A stretch of 64,000 bases of DNA from a virus (taxonomy: Duplodnaviria > Heunggongvirae > Uroviricota > Caudoviricetes): IMG/VR virus record IMGVR_UViG_3300006151_000006, positions 1 to 64,000 of that record. One strand, written 5' to 3'. Positions 1 through 9,648 of this stretch are shown piece by piece. The position numbers were made by a program, and so were the translations under genes. The first letter of the stretch is position 1; the number at the start of each line of letters is the position of its first letter. Below the pieces are notes generated by a model, which made no database searches, was not told the origin of the DNA, and saw only the letters and a program-made list of their open reading frames with translations.

Positions 1-242
1 GCCGCGTCGGCTGGACCAGCCGCGTTCCTCAAATCCACGAGTGTCCCATAGCTAATCATACTAAGGGATTCCGGTACTTCTCGTCCGACAAGGAATCCTG
101 GTTTGCGTGCTTGCTCCAGAGTTGCCAACAGCTCTTTCTGATGACTTACCGAACAGCAAGGAAACAATATGAGGAATTCCCCATAGGTGTAGTGCCTTTG
201 GGTTCTTGTTCTGCGCTGCTTGTATTTTTTGTTCTTCTTCAT
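1..242 (-). CDS. hypothetical protein, 5' partial in window (basic N-terminus, runs off the left edge)
   Basis: Minus-strand frame opens at the ATG at 242 and has no stop down to position 1. It lies downstream of TerL, and the listed + ORFs 111-491 and 220-402 look like antisense artefacts. Confidence 0.3.
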   Translation of the reverse strand, partial: MKKNKKYKQRRTRTQRHYTYGEFLILFPCCSVSHQKELLATLEQARKPGFLVGREVPESLSMISYGTLVDLRNAAGPADA

Positions 243-308
243 TGGTTCAAAGTTACTTTTATTGAATGGGGTAACGCTTGGCGTTTCAGGTGTTTCAAGT
301 GCAACGGT

Positions 309-1670
309 TTATTCAGTAGCGTACGACTTGACATTCATTGTAGCACCTCTCGTTGGCTTGGTTCGGCGGAAGAACATGTTCATCATCATGGCATCCATAT
401 AGTCTGGAGAGCGACCTATGATTATCTTCATTACTTCCTTCGATATGATACCTTTCCGGCGAACGTCGTTGTCAATGTATGCCTGCTTTAATGCTCCCAG
501 TTCCTCCATGAGCCTTTCCCGCTGGTCGGGAGTGCAGACTACTCGAATCTTACGCTCATTGATCATCTCAGCCAACTTGAAGTAGCACTCGGCTCGCAGG
601 TTTTCGTACTTCTCCCGGTTATTGGGGTGCCCACCTCCGTGGAACTCCTTAATACCCGGCAGAAAACTTTCAAGGAAGTTGCCTACGCCGTCAGCATCAA
701 CGATTGTGTATGACCTTGGTACTTTCTCTTTGATGAGAATGTCGCGGAGCGTTTCATAGACCTGCTTGCCGGGAGAATAGACTTCATCGACCACAAAGCG
801 ACACACATTGCCTTCCCATATGCACACCACAAAGCGGTCGTGTCCTTTGGTCGCGATGTCGGCCGAACAGGATCTTGCCGGTTTTGGAAGAATGTGCTCG
901 TTGGTAAAGAGGTCGTTGATGGCATCGTAGTCACAGAGAGTTGAGGGGTCATCATCGTAATCAAAGTTGCCGAAATACAGACGCTGGATTGTAACCTTGT
1001 CCGCCTTGAGCAAGTTGTCGATGTAGGCTTGGTCCACATGGGGGTTATCGAGCGGCAGTGATTTGATAAACCTGCGGTGCGAAGCCATTGTCCCCATCTT
1101 CGCCGGTTTTACGAAATCCGTGTATATCCAGTTGCGTCGAGGGTTACAAGTGTATAGGGCTTTAGGGATTGTATGCCATCTGGTACCGTCCGGGTTCTTT
1201 CCATTGAGCACTGAGAAACGACCTTTCAATACTGAGATTGCCTTTGCGCATATCTGCTGGGCCTCGTCGATGAAACAGTCTGTGATTCCATATGAGCCAA
1301 GACGGTCATACTCCGGGTCGGAGGGCATCAGTTTGAGGTCGCGGAAATACACCACGCTCCCGTTGGAGAAATTCGCTATAAGACGAGTCGAGTTAAATTC
1401 TACCACTGAGTTCAGGCGTAAATCTGTCAAAACCTCAAAAAACGTAACGACAGTCGTATCGCGCAGCTTCACACTCTCTTCTCGACAGATGAAGCCCACG
1501 GATCCGGCCATCGTTATTCTTCGCAAAATCTGCCAAAGGCAACCGAGATAAGTCTTACCTCCACGCGCTCCGCCACCATACAGCACTTCGGACACCTCAC
1601 TATTGTCCGGGGACAAATAGTCAAGTGCCTCTGCTTGTTTGCTGAAAACGTGAACATCGACCGCACTCAT
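309..1670 (-). CDS. terL: terminase large subunit
   Basis: Walker A GGGARGGKT and Walker B CFIDEAQQ, followed by a C-terminal nuclease-like region; 453 aa. Confidence 0.9.
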   Translation of the reverse strand: MSAVDVHVFSKQAEALDYLSPDNSEVSEVLYGGGARGGKTYLGCLWQILRRITMAGSVGFICREESVKLRDTTVVTFFEVLTDLRLNSVVEFNSTRLIANFSNGSVVYFRDLKLMPSDPEYDRLGSYGITDCFIDEAQQICAKAISVLKGRFSVLNGKNPDGTRWHTIPKALYTCNPRRNWIYTDFVKPAKMGTMASHRRFIKSLPLDNPHVDQAYIDNLLKADKVTIQRLYFGNFDYDDDPSTLCDYDAINDLFTNEHILPKPARSCSADIATKGHDRFVVCIWEGNVCRFVVDEVYSPGKQVYETLRDILIKEKVPRSYTIVDADGVGNFLESFLPGIKEFHGGGHPNNREKYENLRAECYFKLAEMINERKIRVVCTPDQRERLMEELGALKQAYIDNDVRRKGIISKEVMKIIIGRSPDYMDAMMMNMFFRRTKPTRGATMNVKSYATE

Positions 1671-1744
1671 TCACCTTTGGGATATTTGACAATTCAGGCT
1701 ATTCCATGGATACTGTAAAATTCGTAAATGTTTCGTGCGAGAAC

Positions 1745-1981
1745 TTATACCTGCACTCCGGGGTCAATCTGGGGCTTTTCGCCCTGATAGACGAACTTGG
1801 ATTTCGGCACGAGCGTGAGTTCAAGAGCATCAAGAATCGTGTCAAGATTCTCATTGCTGATGGCACGGTTGCCAACAAGAAATGACGAGATAGTGCTGGG
1901 GTTTATCTTCGTCTTGGCGGCAAGGTCTTTCACAGAGATACCGGCCTCATTCATCTTACCTTTTATCTTCTCTCTAAACAT
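1745..1981 (-). CDS. XRE-family HTH DNA-binding protein
   Basis: HTH reads GISVKDLAAKTKINPSTISSFLVGNR. The start is ambiguous: internal Met codons at 1981 and 1954, and the full ORF runs to 2014. Confidence 0.55.
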   Translation of the reverse strand: MFREKIKGKMNEAGISVKDLAAKTKINPSTISSFLVGNRAISNENLDTILDALELTLVPKSKFVYQGEKPQIDPGVQV

Positions 1982-2201
1982 TGTCGGTGGTTTTAGGTGA
2001 TTTATAAACTTCATCGGTGTTGCCCAGAGTCAGGCCAAGCACCATGCAGATTTTCTCAAGCACATCGAAAGGGATCGTTCGGTTGCCCTTCAGGTAGGCT
2101 GAAAGATTCTGAGTCTTTATGCCAACCTTATCGCTGAGTTCAACCTGCTTCACATTGAGTTCTTTCATGCGGAGAAATATCTTCTCTCTAACTGTTGCCA
2201 T
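1974..2201 (-). CDS. XRE-family HTH DNA-binding protein (tandem paralogue)
   Basis: HTH reads LNVKQVELSDKVGIKTQNLSAYLKGNR; 75 aa. Confidence 0.6.
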   Translation of the reverse strand: MATVREKIFLRMKELNVKQVELSDKVGIKTQNLSAYLKGNRTIPFDVLEKICMVLGLTLGNTDEVYKSPKTTDNV

Positions 2202-2205
2202 ATTT

Positions 2206-3879
2206 TCAAATTTTATGTTTGTCTTTGTAATGCCGAAGAGCCATATCCACGATACGTTCTTCTATGTTATTATCGGCGCCGGTTACGACGCTGGAATCAT
2301 CGCGTTCCTTTTGGATAATCTCAAGGATTCTCTCGTCGATAGTGTTGCGCGCGAGGAGATAGTAGCAGTTAACAGCGTTCTTCTGCCCATTACGATGCGC
2401 ACGGCACTCAGCCTGTTCACAATCCGAAGCCGTCCACGGAAACTCAATAAATAGAGTTCGGGAAGCAGCCGTGAGAGTGATGCCGACACCTCCGGACTTG
2501 TAATTGAGGGCTATGAGCCTACAATCTGGGGTGTTTTGGAACTTATCTATTGCCGCTTGCTTTTTCTCCTGCGAGTCAGAGCCAGTTACTGTTACCGTGC
2601 CGGGGAACGCTTTCATTATGTCCGCGATGACCGTCTTGTGAAATGCGAAGACAATGAGCTTATCGCCGCCATCGATGACATCGTGAATGAAGTTGATAGC
2701 CTCTTTCATTTTTCCGCGTGCCGATATTTGCCGGAGGTGGTTAATCTGTACCATGGCCGTGGCCCTTGCCGCGCTTCGGAGTTTAGAGTCCGAGGCAGAT
2801 TCATATTCCATCAGATAGCGGATAAGATCATTCTCTGCAAATTCGTATTCCTGGCGGTTATCAATATCCACTGTGAGATACTGGCGGGTTTTCTCCGGAA
2901 GGTCTTTCAAGGCAAGACTTTTATCCCTGCGGAAATAGCACGATTGCCATAGGCGGTAATGAAGCTCGTATAGATTCGAGGATTTATCCGTGCCTTGGCA
3001 GTATCTCTCTCTGAATCTGGCCGCGCCCCCGAAATCATCTATGCGTCGCATGATACGGAGTTGCTGTATCAAATCCTCATTGCTGGTGACAATGGGAGTG
3101 CCAGTCAATAGCCATATGTATTCCTTGTTGGCGCAAAGTGCTTCGAGGTATAGGCTCCACAAAGCCGTCGTATTGCAACAGCGGTGGGATTCGTCGATGA
3201 TAACCGACTTGAACATTCCGGCTCTCTTATCAAGGACAATGTTCTTGACAGTGGTTCTGCCACGTACACGGCTTACAAAATACTTCTTGACGCTTTCATA
3301 GTTCGTGATGAATACATTGCAAGTGCCCGTTTCAAAATGCTTATGCCAGTTATTTTTATTCGCATCAGAAAGTATTATGGCTTGCTTGCCAATGAATCGC
3401 TGAAACTCTCTTTGCCATGTCACTTTCATTGTCGCCGGAGCTACGACAAGACATGGATACGCTCTGGCAATAGATACCGCAGCGATACTCTGCATAGTTT
3501 TGCCGAGACCCATATCGTCGCCATTGAGGCACCGCTTATGCTCAATCATGTACTGAATTCCCTGTCGTTGGTAGTCAAAGGGAGGCAATTTCAAGTGAGT
3601 GATTGGGTACTGCAAGTCCGGCATGCGTTCCGGGAAGCCAAGAATCTCGGAACGGTCATCTACACGATGGACTCCAGAGGCAAGACCTCGCTTGACAGCA
3701 TATTCACAAAATTCCTTCAAGAACCGGCGATGCTGGAAATCCACTCTCCAACACCTATCACGCATTATGAATCGCGCCGATGGGATTTTCTGAATAAAGT
3801 ATGCCAAAGCAGGGCTATTATAGAAATTCAATTCATAATAGCCCTCCTTCTCTTTCTCTATGAAGAATATCTCAATCAC
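2206..3879 (-). CDS. SNF2/RAD54-family helicase
   Basis: Motif I LNGDDMGLGKT, DExH as DESHR, and C-terminal helicase motifs (QKNAVNCYYLLARNTIDERI). Confidence 0.85.
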   Translation of the reverse strand: MIEIFFIEKEKEGYYELNFYNSPALAYFIQKIPSARFIMRDRCWRVDFQHRRFLKEFCEYAVKRGLASGVHRVDDRSEILGFPERMPDLQYPITHLKLPPFDYQRQGIQYMIEHKRCLNGDDMGLGKTMQSIAAVSIARAYPCLVVAPATMKVTWQREFQRFIGKQAIILSDANKNNWHKHFETGTCNVFITNYESVKKYFVSRVRGRTTVKNIVLDKRAGMFKSVIIDESHRCCNTTALWSLYLEALCANKEYIWLLTGTPIVTSNEDLIQQLRIMRRIDDFGGAARFRERYCQGTDKSSNLYELHYRLWQSCYFRRDKSLALKDLPEKTRQYLTVDIDNRQEYEFAENDLIRYLMEYESASDSKLRSAARATAMVQINHLRQISARGKMKEAINFIHDVIDGGDKLIVFAFHKTVIADIMKAFPGTVTVTGSDSQEKKQAAIDKFQNTPDCRLIALNYKSGGVGITLTAASRTLFIEFPWTASDCEQAECRAHRNGQKNAVNCYYLLARNTIDERILEIIQKERDDSSVVTGADNNIEERIVDMALRHYKDKHKI

Positions 3880-3885
3880 GGCACT

Positions 3886-4284
3886 TTAATCTCGCTTCAC
3901 GTCGGGGTCACGCACAATATTGATGACTGTTGGCATTGGGTTCTCAAGATTGACATTAACAGATTCGCCGAAGCCTTCTTCTCGGCCGAGCGTCGATAGC
4001 ATATACCGCAACATCTGGCCGTCTGGTTTCTCTTTCCAACCGATAATGTGGCCGGTAGCAGGATCGATATGGGGTATGCCAAGGGCTATAATACGGGCAG
4101 CATCGAGGCACTGGTCGAATAGCTTCATTCGCGAATCCTTTACAGCAGCCTTGAACATTTCGTCTTCGCGAATCCAGTTATGAATGGTCTGACGCGTCAC
4201 GCCAAGAATGCCGGCGGTCTGTGTCAGATTGCCGCCGGTCTTTCTTATCGCGTCTTCAAACTCGTCAAAATTTGGTTTTCGCAT
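3886..4284 (-). CDS. HTH protein, possible terminase small subunit (Terminase_5-like N-terminus)
   Basis: N-terminus TQTAGILGVTRQTIHNWI resembles the gpP-like small-terminase HTH. The position, separated from terL by a helicase, is unusual. Confidence 0.4.
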   Translation of the reverse strand: MRKPNFDEFEDAIRKTGGNLTQTAGILGVTRQTIHNWIREDEMFKAAVKDSRMKLFDQCLDAARIIALGIPHIDPATGHIIGWKEKPDGQMLRYMLSTLGREEGFGESVNVNLENPMPTVINIVRDPDVKRD

Positions 4285-4287
4285 ATT

Positions 4288-4767
4288 TTAGGTTTTGGGG
4301 TCGTCAAATAATCCAAATTGCTGTTGAGTGGGAGACTGCGGCACGTCGGGTAGCGATGCAAGCATATTAGCGAATTGCCAATTTCGGCAAGTGCTGAAGA
4401 GCCGGTTTCTTGATTGAGGGAGTCGCCAATTTATGTATTTCGTGTCGATGAATATCTGCCGCGCATTATTGATTTTCAGCTTGACAAATTCGTTGTCAAT
4501 GATAATCTGACGGCCTACACTGCGCACGAAAGCCACATGGAGATTTTTGTTCCGATCAAAGTTCACATCGACGCCACAGAGATAGTAGAATCGACTTTCT
4601 TCAAGTTCAAGATTTGGGGGCAATGAACGCATAAATCCACGGACACGCTTGTCATTATGACCGAGTAGGGATTTCATGCAGTGGGTGTTGAGGTCAACAC
4701 CATAGACGTATCGCAACCATAGAATTTTGTAGGTGTTGCGAAACTCACAGTATTCTATTTCTACCAT
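4288..4767 (-). CDS. hypothetical protein
   Basis: 159 aa ORF with no recognisable motif. Confidence 0.45.
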   Translation of the reverse strand: MVEIEYCEFRNTYKILWLRYVYGVDLNTHCMKSLLGHNDKRVRGFMRSLPPNLELEESRFYYLCGVDVNFDRNKNLHVAFVRSVGRQIIIDNEFVKLKINNARQIFIDTKYINWRLPQSRNRLFSTCRNWQFANMLASLPDVPQSPTQQQFGLFDDPKT

Positions 4768-4879
4768 TTGAGTCGTTGATTAAATATCTTATTTGCAATA
4801 ACAAAGATACTGAATTTTAATCAATTATGCAAATTTTGGCAAGGTTAAGCCATCATCAAATTTGCAAATTTTCAGCACC

Positions 4880-6259
4880 TTAATCGTTCAACCCAAACAG
4901 CGGAAGGATATCGCCCTGACGGTTGTATGACTGATTGTTCGGGAGGTTGAGATTGAACTCGTAGTTGATGGCGTTGATGTACTCTTCGCGTGTCAACTCA
5001 CGGACTTTGTAAGCCCCCCAGCCCCAATAGCCGGATTTGTTATACTGCATGAAAGACTCAAAGCCGAAACGCTCGAACATAGCCTGAACCTGCTCCTTTG
5101 TGAGGAACTTCTGGAAGAACCATTGGCCCTCCTGCATGAAGGCGGTAAGACCGTTCTCATCGAAGAACTGAACGGTTGTCGTGCAATCCACAGTGTTGCG
5201 CTTAGCTCCGTACTGCTTCATTGCAACTTCCTTCGAGCGACCGGACACGAATACCTTGCCACCCATCTTTGTGAATAGATTGAGACAGGTCAGTACGGCA
5301 TCTTCAGCATACTGCGTGTTCACAGAGTTCAGCACTGCGTCGCAGATGGTGTAATCGAACACACCACCATTGATTATGCCATTCTCTTTGATGTAGGAAA
5401 TGAACGCATCAATCATTTCGTGGCCTTTGGCAATTGATATGCCCTTCAGGTTGTGATTGAAGAATTCAAGACCGATGGCGTAGCGGTAGCCGAGTTCGCG
5501 GCGGAGTTTGTTGATGAACATTGCCTTGCCGCAACCGAAGTCCAAGATCTTCACTTTACGCTTGTCTTCTTTTTCCAGGTGGGGCACAACCTCACGATAA
5601 AGAACTGACCAGTCTATACCCTTGTGACGCGGGGGCTGGGCTCGCCCCTGCATAAAGTCGGCTCGCTCGATATGCTCATAGTTGAACACTCCGTAGTCTT
5701 TCTTGAAGTAGTAGTCGAAGATACCACGCTTGCCTCCCTCGAGGAAGTAGCAATGAATGGGATAGCCGAGAGTTGCTGCAGCTTTGATGTAGTTGTTTCC
5801 GAAGACCACCTCATCGCCACATACGATAGCGCAGAGAGCATCGCCGAATTTAACGATAAGACGGCAGATGTCTTTCACAATAGAAGCGTTGGCTTCGACA
5901 ATCTCAAAGTCTGAGGCGGGAATGTCATCGTGAAAAGTCCCGGCTTCACGAGAAGCTTTGCACTTGCTCAACTTTTCGGGTTCAAGTTCCACGCCATTGT
6001 GGACTTGGTTGAAGAGGATTTCAGATTCGATGTCAACACCGCTTATGAAGTAAACCGGTGCTTCCGTGAGTCCTACAGCCGTTGCGGCCTTGGTACGTTG
6101 GTGCCCGGCAACGATTGTCATGTTGTCGCGGTTGACGATAATCGGAAGAATGAAGCCGAGTGTCTTTAAGCTACCCTGCAACTCCACAAATGCCTCGTCA
6201 GTAATCTTACGGGGATTGTAAGATGCTGGTCGGATGTCTGCGAATTTTACGTAATCCAT
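4880..6259 (-). CDS. ParB-like nuclease-domain protein fused to a class-I SAM-dependent methyltransferase
   Basis: N-terminus DIRPASYNPRKI...IVAGHQRTKAA fits ParB/Srx. C-terminus has motif I ILDFGCGKAMF, post-I YAIGLEF and motif II YTICDAVL. Confidence 0.65.
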   Translation of the reverse strand: MDYVKFADIRPASYNPRKITDEAFVELQGSLKTLGFILPIIVNRDNMTIVAGHQRTKAATAVGLTEAPVYFISGVDIESEILFNQVHNGVELEPEKLSKCKASREAGTFHDDIPASDFEIVEANASIVKDICRLIVKFGDALCAIVCGDEVVFGNNYIKAAATLGYPIHCYFLEGGKRGIFDYYFKKDYGVFNYEHIERADFMQGRAQPPRHKGIDWSVLYREVVPHLEKEDKRKVKILDFGCGKAMFINKLRRELGYRYAIGLEFFNHNLKGISIAKGHEMIDAFISYIKENGIINGGVFDYTICDAVLNSVNTQYAEDAVLTCLNLFTKMGGKVFVSGRSKEVAMKQYGAKRNTVDCTTTVQFFDENGLTAFMQEGQWFFQKFLTKEQVQAMFERFGFESFMQYNKSGYWGWGAYKVRELTREEYINAINYEFNLNLPNNQSYNRQGDILPLFGLND

Positions 6260-6294
6260 GATTGTTGTGATATTTAGTCGTTTTGGGGAAATAT

Positions 6295-7017
6295 TTATTC
6301 AGGCATTTCAAATACCGTGTCAGAATCCTCTCCACTGTCCTGATCGATAGGCGCGGAATCCTCCAGTAGGCTCTTAACGAAACCGAAGTTGACACCGGTC
6401 TGGTCCACGTAGTCATTGTAGCGACTCACAAGGGCTTCGTATTCCTCCTTGGTTACAGACACGACATACTTGCCGAATGTCAGCATGTTAATTTTCTTCG
6501 GAGTAGAACCCTTAATCTTGGTCATTACAGTGTCATCATCGTCAGGATTATAGAACAGACCTTCATCGAAGCCGAAATTTACGAGGTTGATTTCATCGTA
6601 CATTTGCTGGAGCTTGGTGTAGTCGAACTCGCCAAACTCATTGTTATCTTTGATAATCAGTTCCTTTTCCTCTTCTTCGGATAGGTCGGCCACCGTGACA
6701 TGAACAATTGGATTTTCGAGCCATTCTTTCCAGTAATCGATTACTGCGTCACGCTGTTTCTCGGTCATGCCGAGCCACTTTTCGTTCTCCTGAAGGATTA
6801 CCATCCAATCCATCGGGGTAGTTGTCAGGATTTCCTTGAGAATTGTGGTGCGCTGGTTGCCGGCAAGCACTACATTGTCTTTGTTGACAATAATGTCGCG
6901 GTAATAGAGCATCTTCGGGAAGAGCATTATGCTCTGCTGAAGACGACGCTTTTGCCCCACGACAATCTTACGAGGATTGATGGGGTTTATGATAAGTTCT
7001 TTGATGTCCTTTTTCAT
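6295..7017 (-). CDS. ParB-like nuclease-domain protein
   Basis: INPINPRKI ... VLAGNQRTTIL. Confidence 0.6.
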   Translation of the reverse strand: MKKDIKELIINPINPRKIVVGQKRRLQQSIMLFPKMLYYRDIIVNKDNVVLAGNQRTTILKEILTTTPMDWMVILQENEKWLGMTEKQRDAVIDYWKEWLENPIVHVTVADLSEEEEKELIIKDNNEFGEFDYTKLQQMYDEINLVNFGFDEGLFYNPDDDDTVMTKIKGSTPKKINMLTFGKYVVSVTKEEYEALVSRYNDYVDQTGVNFGFVKSLLEDSAPIDQDSGEDSDTVFEMPE

Positions 7018-7685
7018 TTGCCGAGAAGTAATTCAGTTAAAAATCCATCACTTATGCCGTCGTGCTCCTGAAGATATTCATCAAGACGTGCAGAAAGGCC
7101 TTTAAATTCTTGGTCTGTCATCTGACATTCCACATAACCGCATTTGAATTTTTCAGGATATGTCTTGGATAGGTCAAGATTCTTGTCGTTGATTTTGTCG
7201 TCGTAGTCGTAGAGGTTCCACGCCACATAGCCGAGGTAGTCGCCGATGGCCTCACGCTCGAAATGGCGCTTCATTATTTCGATGTCATCTTCGCCGTAGT
7301 GGAGATTGTCTTTTATAAGAATCTCTTTCTCTTCCTCGGCAGAAACATTATCGAGTATGCGAACGAACACTGTGGGCTTTTTCTTCCATTTGGCCCAGAA
7401 AGCGAGAAGCGCAGTTTTCTCCTCGTCAGAGGCCATACGGAATTTCTTCTGGTTGAACAGATAATCCTCAATCTCATTGTCATCGAGTTCAAGAATTTTG
7501 TTCAGGCACTGTACGCGACCGTTACCGCCAACAATTACATCGTCTTGGTTTACGAGAATGGGGCGCAATTCGAGCATCTTCGGAAATACGAGCAGACTCT
7601 CGATCAGCTTTCCCTCCATAAACTCGCTCATGGTACGAGGATTGTCAGGATTGGGTTTAAGTTTTCGTATGTCTTTTTTATCCAT
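7014..7685 (-). CDS. ParB-like nuclease-domain protein
   Basis: LKPNPDNPRTMS ... VIVGGNGRVQCL; a paralogue of the previous gene. Confidence 0.6.
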   Translation of the reverse strand: MDKKDIRKLKPNPDNPRTMSEFMEGKLIESLLVFPKMLELRPILVNQDDVIVGGNGRVQCLNKILELDDNEIEDYLFNQKKFRMASDEEKTALLAFWAKWKKKPTVFVRILDNVSAEEEKEILIKDNLHYGEDDIEIMKRHFEREAIGDYLGYVAWNLYDYDDKINDKNLDLSKTYPEKFKCGYVECQMTDQEFKGLSARLDEYLQEHDGISDGFLTELLLGK

Positions 7686-7974
7686 TGTGATATTGATAGT
7701 TTTCTAAGCGCAAAGATAATCAAAATGCGTAGATTAGCCAAGTATTTATAGATAAAATAATCAATATGATTAGTTGATAAGGTTAGGGATTGCGCTTTTG
7801 GTGATTTTTCACACTTAAAATGATGATTATTTGGGCTTTTTTCGTTATCTTTGCACTATGGATATTTAGTTTAGAGTCCCTTGCCCTTTTTACTGGGGCA
7901 ACTGGGGTTTTTGATTAAATATCTTATTTGCATTTAAGTGAGTTAACCCGTGAGGGCCCGCTCACTTTCTTTGT

Positions 7975-8352
7975 TTATGGCTCCGGCAGTTTAATGATGT
8001 GAAGCCATATCCACGGAAGCCAAATCCGTTTGAGTTTTATCCACCACGAGCACTTGACACTTTTGGCAAAGAAGAACGTGCGTGAATACTTGCCTCTTGG
8101 CACACATGGATTGAACCAGTGTTTGTAACCCATAGCCTCCATCAATGGGATTGATTCTGGCGCCACGACTATTGATGGAATTGTCTTGTTGTGGCCGCAG
8201 CAACTACCGGTAGTTTTCACGCCATTACTAAGTAGCTCGATAACTTCTTCGACGATGCAAGTATCTACCCATATCTTTCTTCCGAGTGTTTCGTGGTATA
8301 TCTCAATCTGATTGTCGAAAGAACCGAGCTCTACATTCTTACAATTACACAT
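7975..8352 (-). CDS. Cys-rich hypothetical protein (possible metal-binding partner of the radical SAM enzyme)
   Basis: Carries CNC, GSCCGH and C..C motifs and sits immediately downstream of the radical SAM gene. Confidence 0.45.
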   Translation of the reverse strand: MCNCKNVELGSFDNQIEIYHETLGRKIWVDTCIVEEVIELLSNGVKTTGSCCGHNKTIPSIVVAPESIPLMEAMGYKHWFNPCVPRGKYSRTFFFAKSVKCSWWIKLKRIWLPWIWLHIIKLPEP

Positions 8353-8382
8353 GATGTTTTTTTCGTTTATTATGGGGGTGTA

Positions 8383-9453
8383 TTAAATTCCTCTGGTTGA
8401 ATAACTGAGCTGGCTACCACTACATTCGTAAGGCAAGAGAATATCTTCATCTTCGAGCCAAGATCCGCATAGGTTTCCATTTGGATGGAAGACCATTTCA
8501 AAAACCGTATCTGGTGTTTTTTCTTTTTGTGGGTCTATGGCGGAAAGATCTGCGCTCTCCATTACGACATCGATATTCTTATACTTGTAAACCTCGCAAT
8601 AATAGTAATATCCCAACACTTGAGTTATAGGCCGGAAAATATGCGGCATGAGATCAATCTCGCTCCAGATGTCATCCAACTTAATCTTTTGTTCTTCAAG
8701 AAAACGTAACTTCGGAATGTTATGCATTACTGACTTATCGTAATCCATTGTTTCCCGGAATATTATATTATCTACCCCCATTTCTCCATAGAAATCCAAA
8801 TAACGCATCATTGCCTCAATGCTACTGATTCCACTTTTCAGAAGAAGGCAACTTAGGCGTGGCCTAACATTTCCAGACAAGGCTACTTTTACAACTTCGT
8901 GCATCTGCTCATTGCAGAAGTAGCTGTTACTGAATTTCATAATATCCGCATTCACATTCTCAAGATAATGCGTTTTGGAAATATTCAGATGATGAAACCC
9001 ATTTTCAATAATATGGTCTATTATGCGTTTCCCATCAACAATATCGAGTAATCCACTTCCATTAGTTGTGATTACTCGCTTTCGGAAGTTGTATTTGGAA
9101 ACAAGTTTTAAGATACGCAGTAGTCGATGGGATTTAGTTGGCTCCCCACCAGTGATAGATATTGACGGATTAAGGGGGCGTATGGTTTCCAATACCTCAG
9201 CCAACCGGGTAAAATATTCTTCATCATCAGAGATTCTTTCTTTGATGAAAGTCTTGCCTTTGCCCTCAAATCGCAACTGATCTATACAGAACCGACAGTC
9301 TGCATTACACGATTCGTTTACAAATATTGATAGGTTCGCATTCTCATAGACTGACTTCTGCTTACCATTAAAGGCAAATGGTTTTGTAATATAGTTCTCA
9401 GCATCAAATTCCTTACGTCGTATAGAGCGGAGAACGGAGAATTTAGATTTCAT
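8383..9453 (-). CDS. radical SAM enzyme
   Basis: CNADCRFC (CxxxCxxC) plus a GGEP motif; 356 aa. Not QueE-like in length and not an obvious SPASM domain. Confidence 0.8.
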   Translation of the reverse strand: MKSKFSVLRSIRRKEFDAENYITKPFAFNGKQKSVYENANLSIFVNESCNADCRFCIDQLRFEGKGKTFIKERISDDEEYFTRLAEVLETIRPLNPSISITGGEPTKSHRLLRILKLVSKYNFRKRVITTNGSGLLDIVDGKRIIDHIIENGFHHLNISKTHYLENVNADIMKFSNSYFCNEQMHEVVKVALSGNVRPRLSCLLLKSGISSIEAMMRYLDFYGEMGVDNIIFRETMDYDKSVMHNIPKLRFLEEQKIKLDDIWSEIDLMPHIFRPITQVLGYYYYCEVYKYKNIDVVMESADLSAIDPQKEKTPDTVFEMVFHPNGNLCGSWLEDEDILLPYECSGSQLSYSTRGI

Positions 9454-9648
9454 GTTTGGTATGCTATTAAAAGCCGATGACCCGCCGTTTCGCTTTTCGC
9501 GGCCGTCGAAACCCCATGTGCATCTCGTGCTGAACCGCCGGGGTAGTGGTAACTTATGCGATAGGCTCTGGTTCCTGTCTATGCGATGTGGCGGAATCTC
9601 CAGGTCAAGTGCGAACGTACCATTTGCTGCGGGGTGTGTCGGCTTATG
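9454..9648 (-). promoter_or_regulatory. GC-rich structured leader upstream of the radical SAM gene (candidate cis-regulatory RNA or promoter)
   Basis: A 195 nt intergenic stretch that is markedly more GC-rich than its surroundings, with several short complementary segments. Confidence 0.3.

Noticed and set aside
111-491. 126 aa and 60 aa plus-strand ORFs at the window start
   Set aside because: They overlap the TerL 3' end and the minus-strand partial ORF, and look like Cys- and Leu-rich junk translation.
3184-3999. 271 aa plus-strand ORF
   Set aside because: Antisense to the SNF2 helicase gene, with no motifs.
7943-7975. Rho-independent terminator (gtgagggcccgctcac followed by TTTCTTTGTTT) on the plus strand
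   Set aside because: No plus-strand gene feeds into it, and on the minus strand the hairpin lacks a following U tract. More likely part of the upstream regulatory region.
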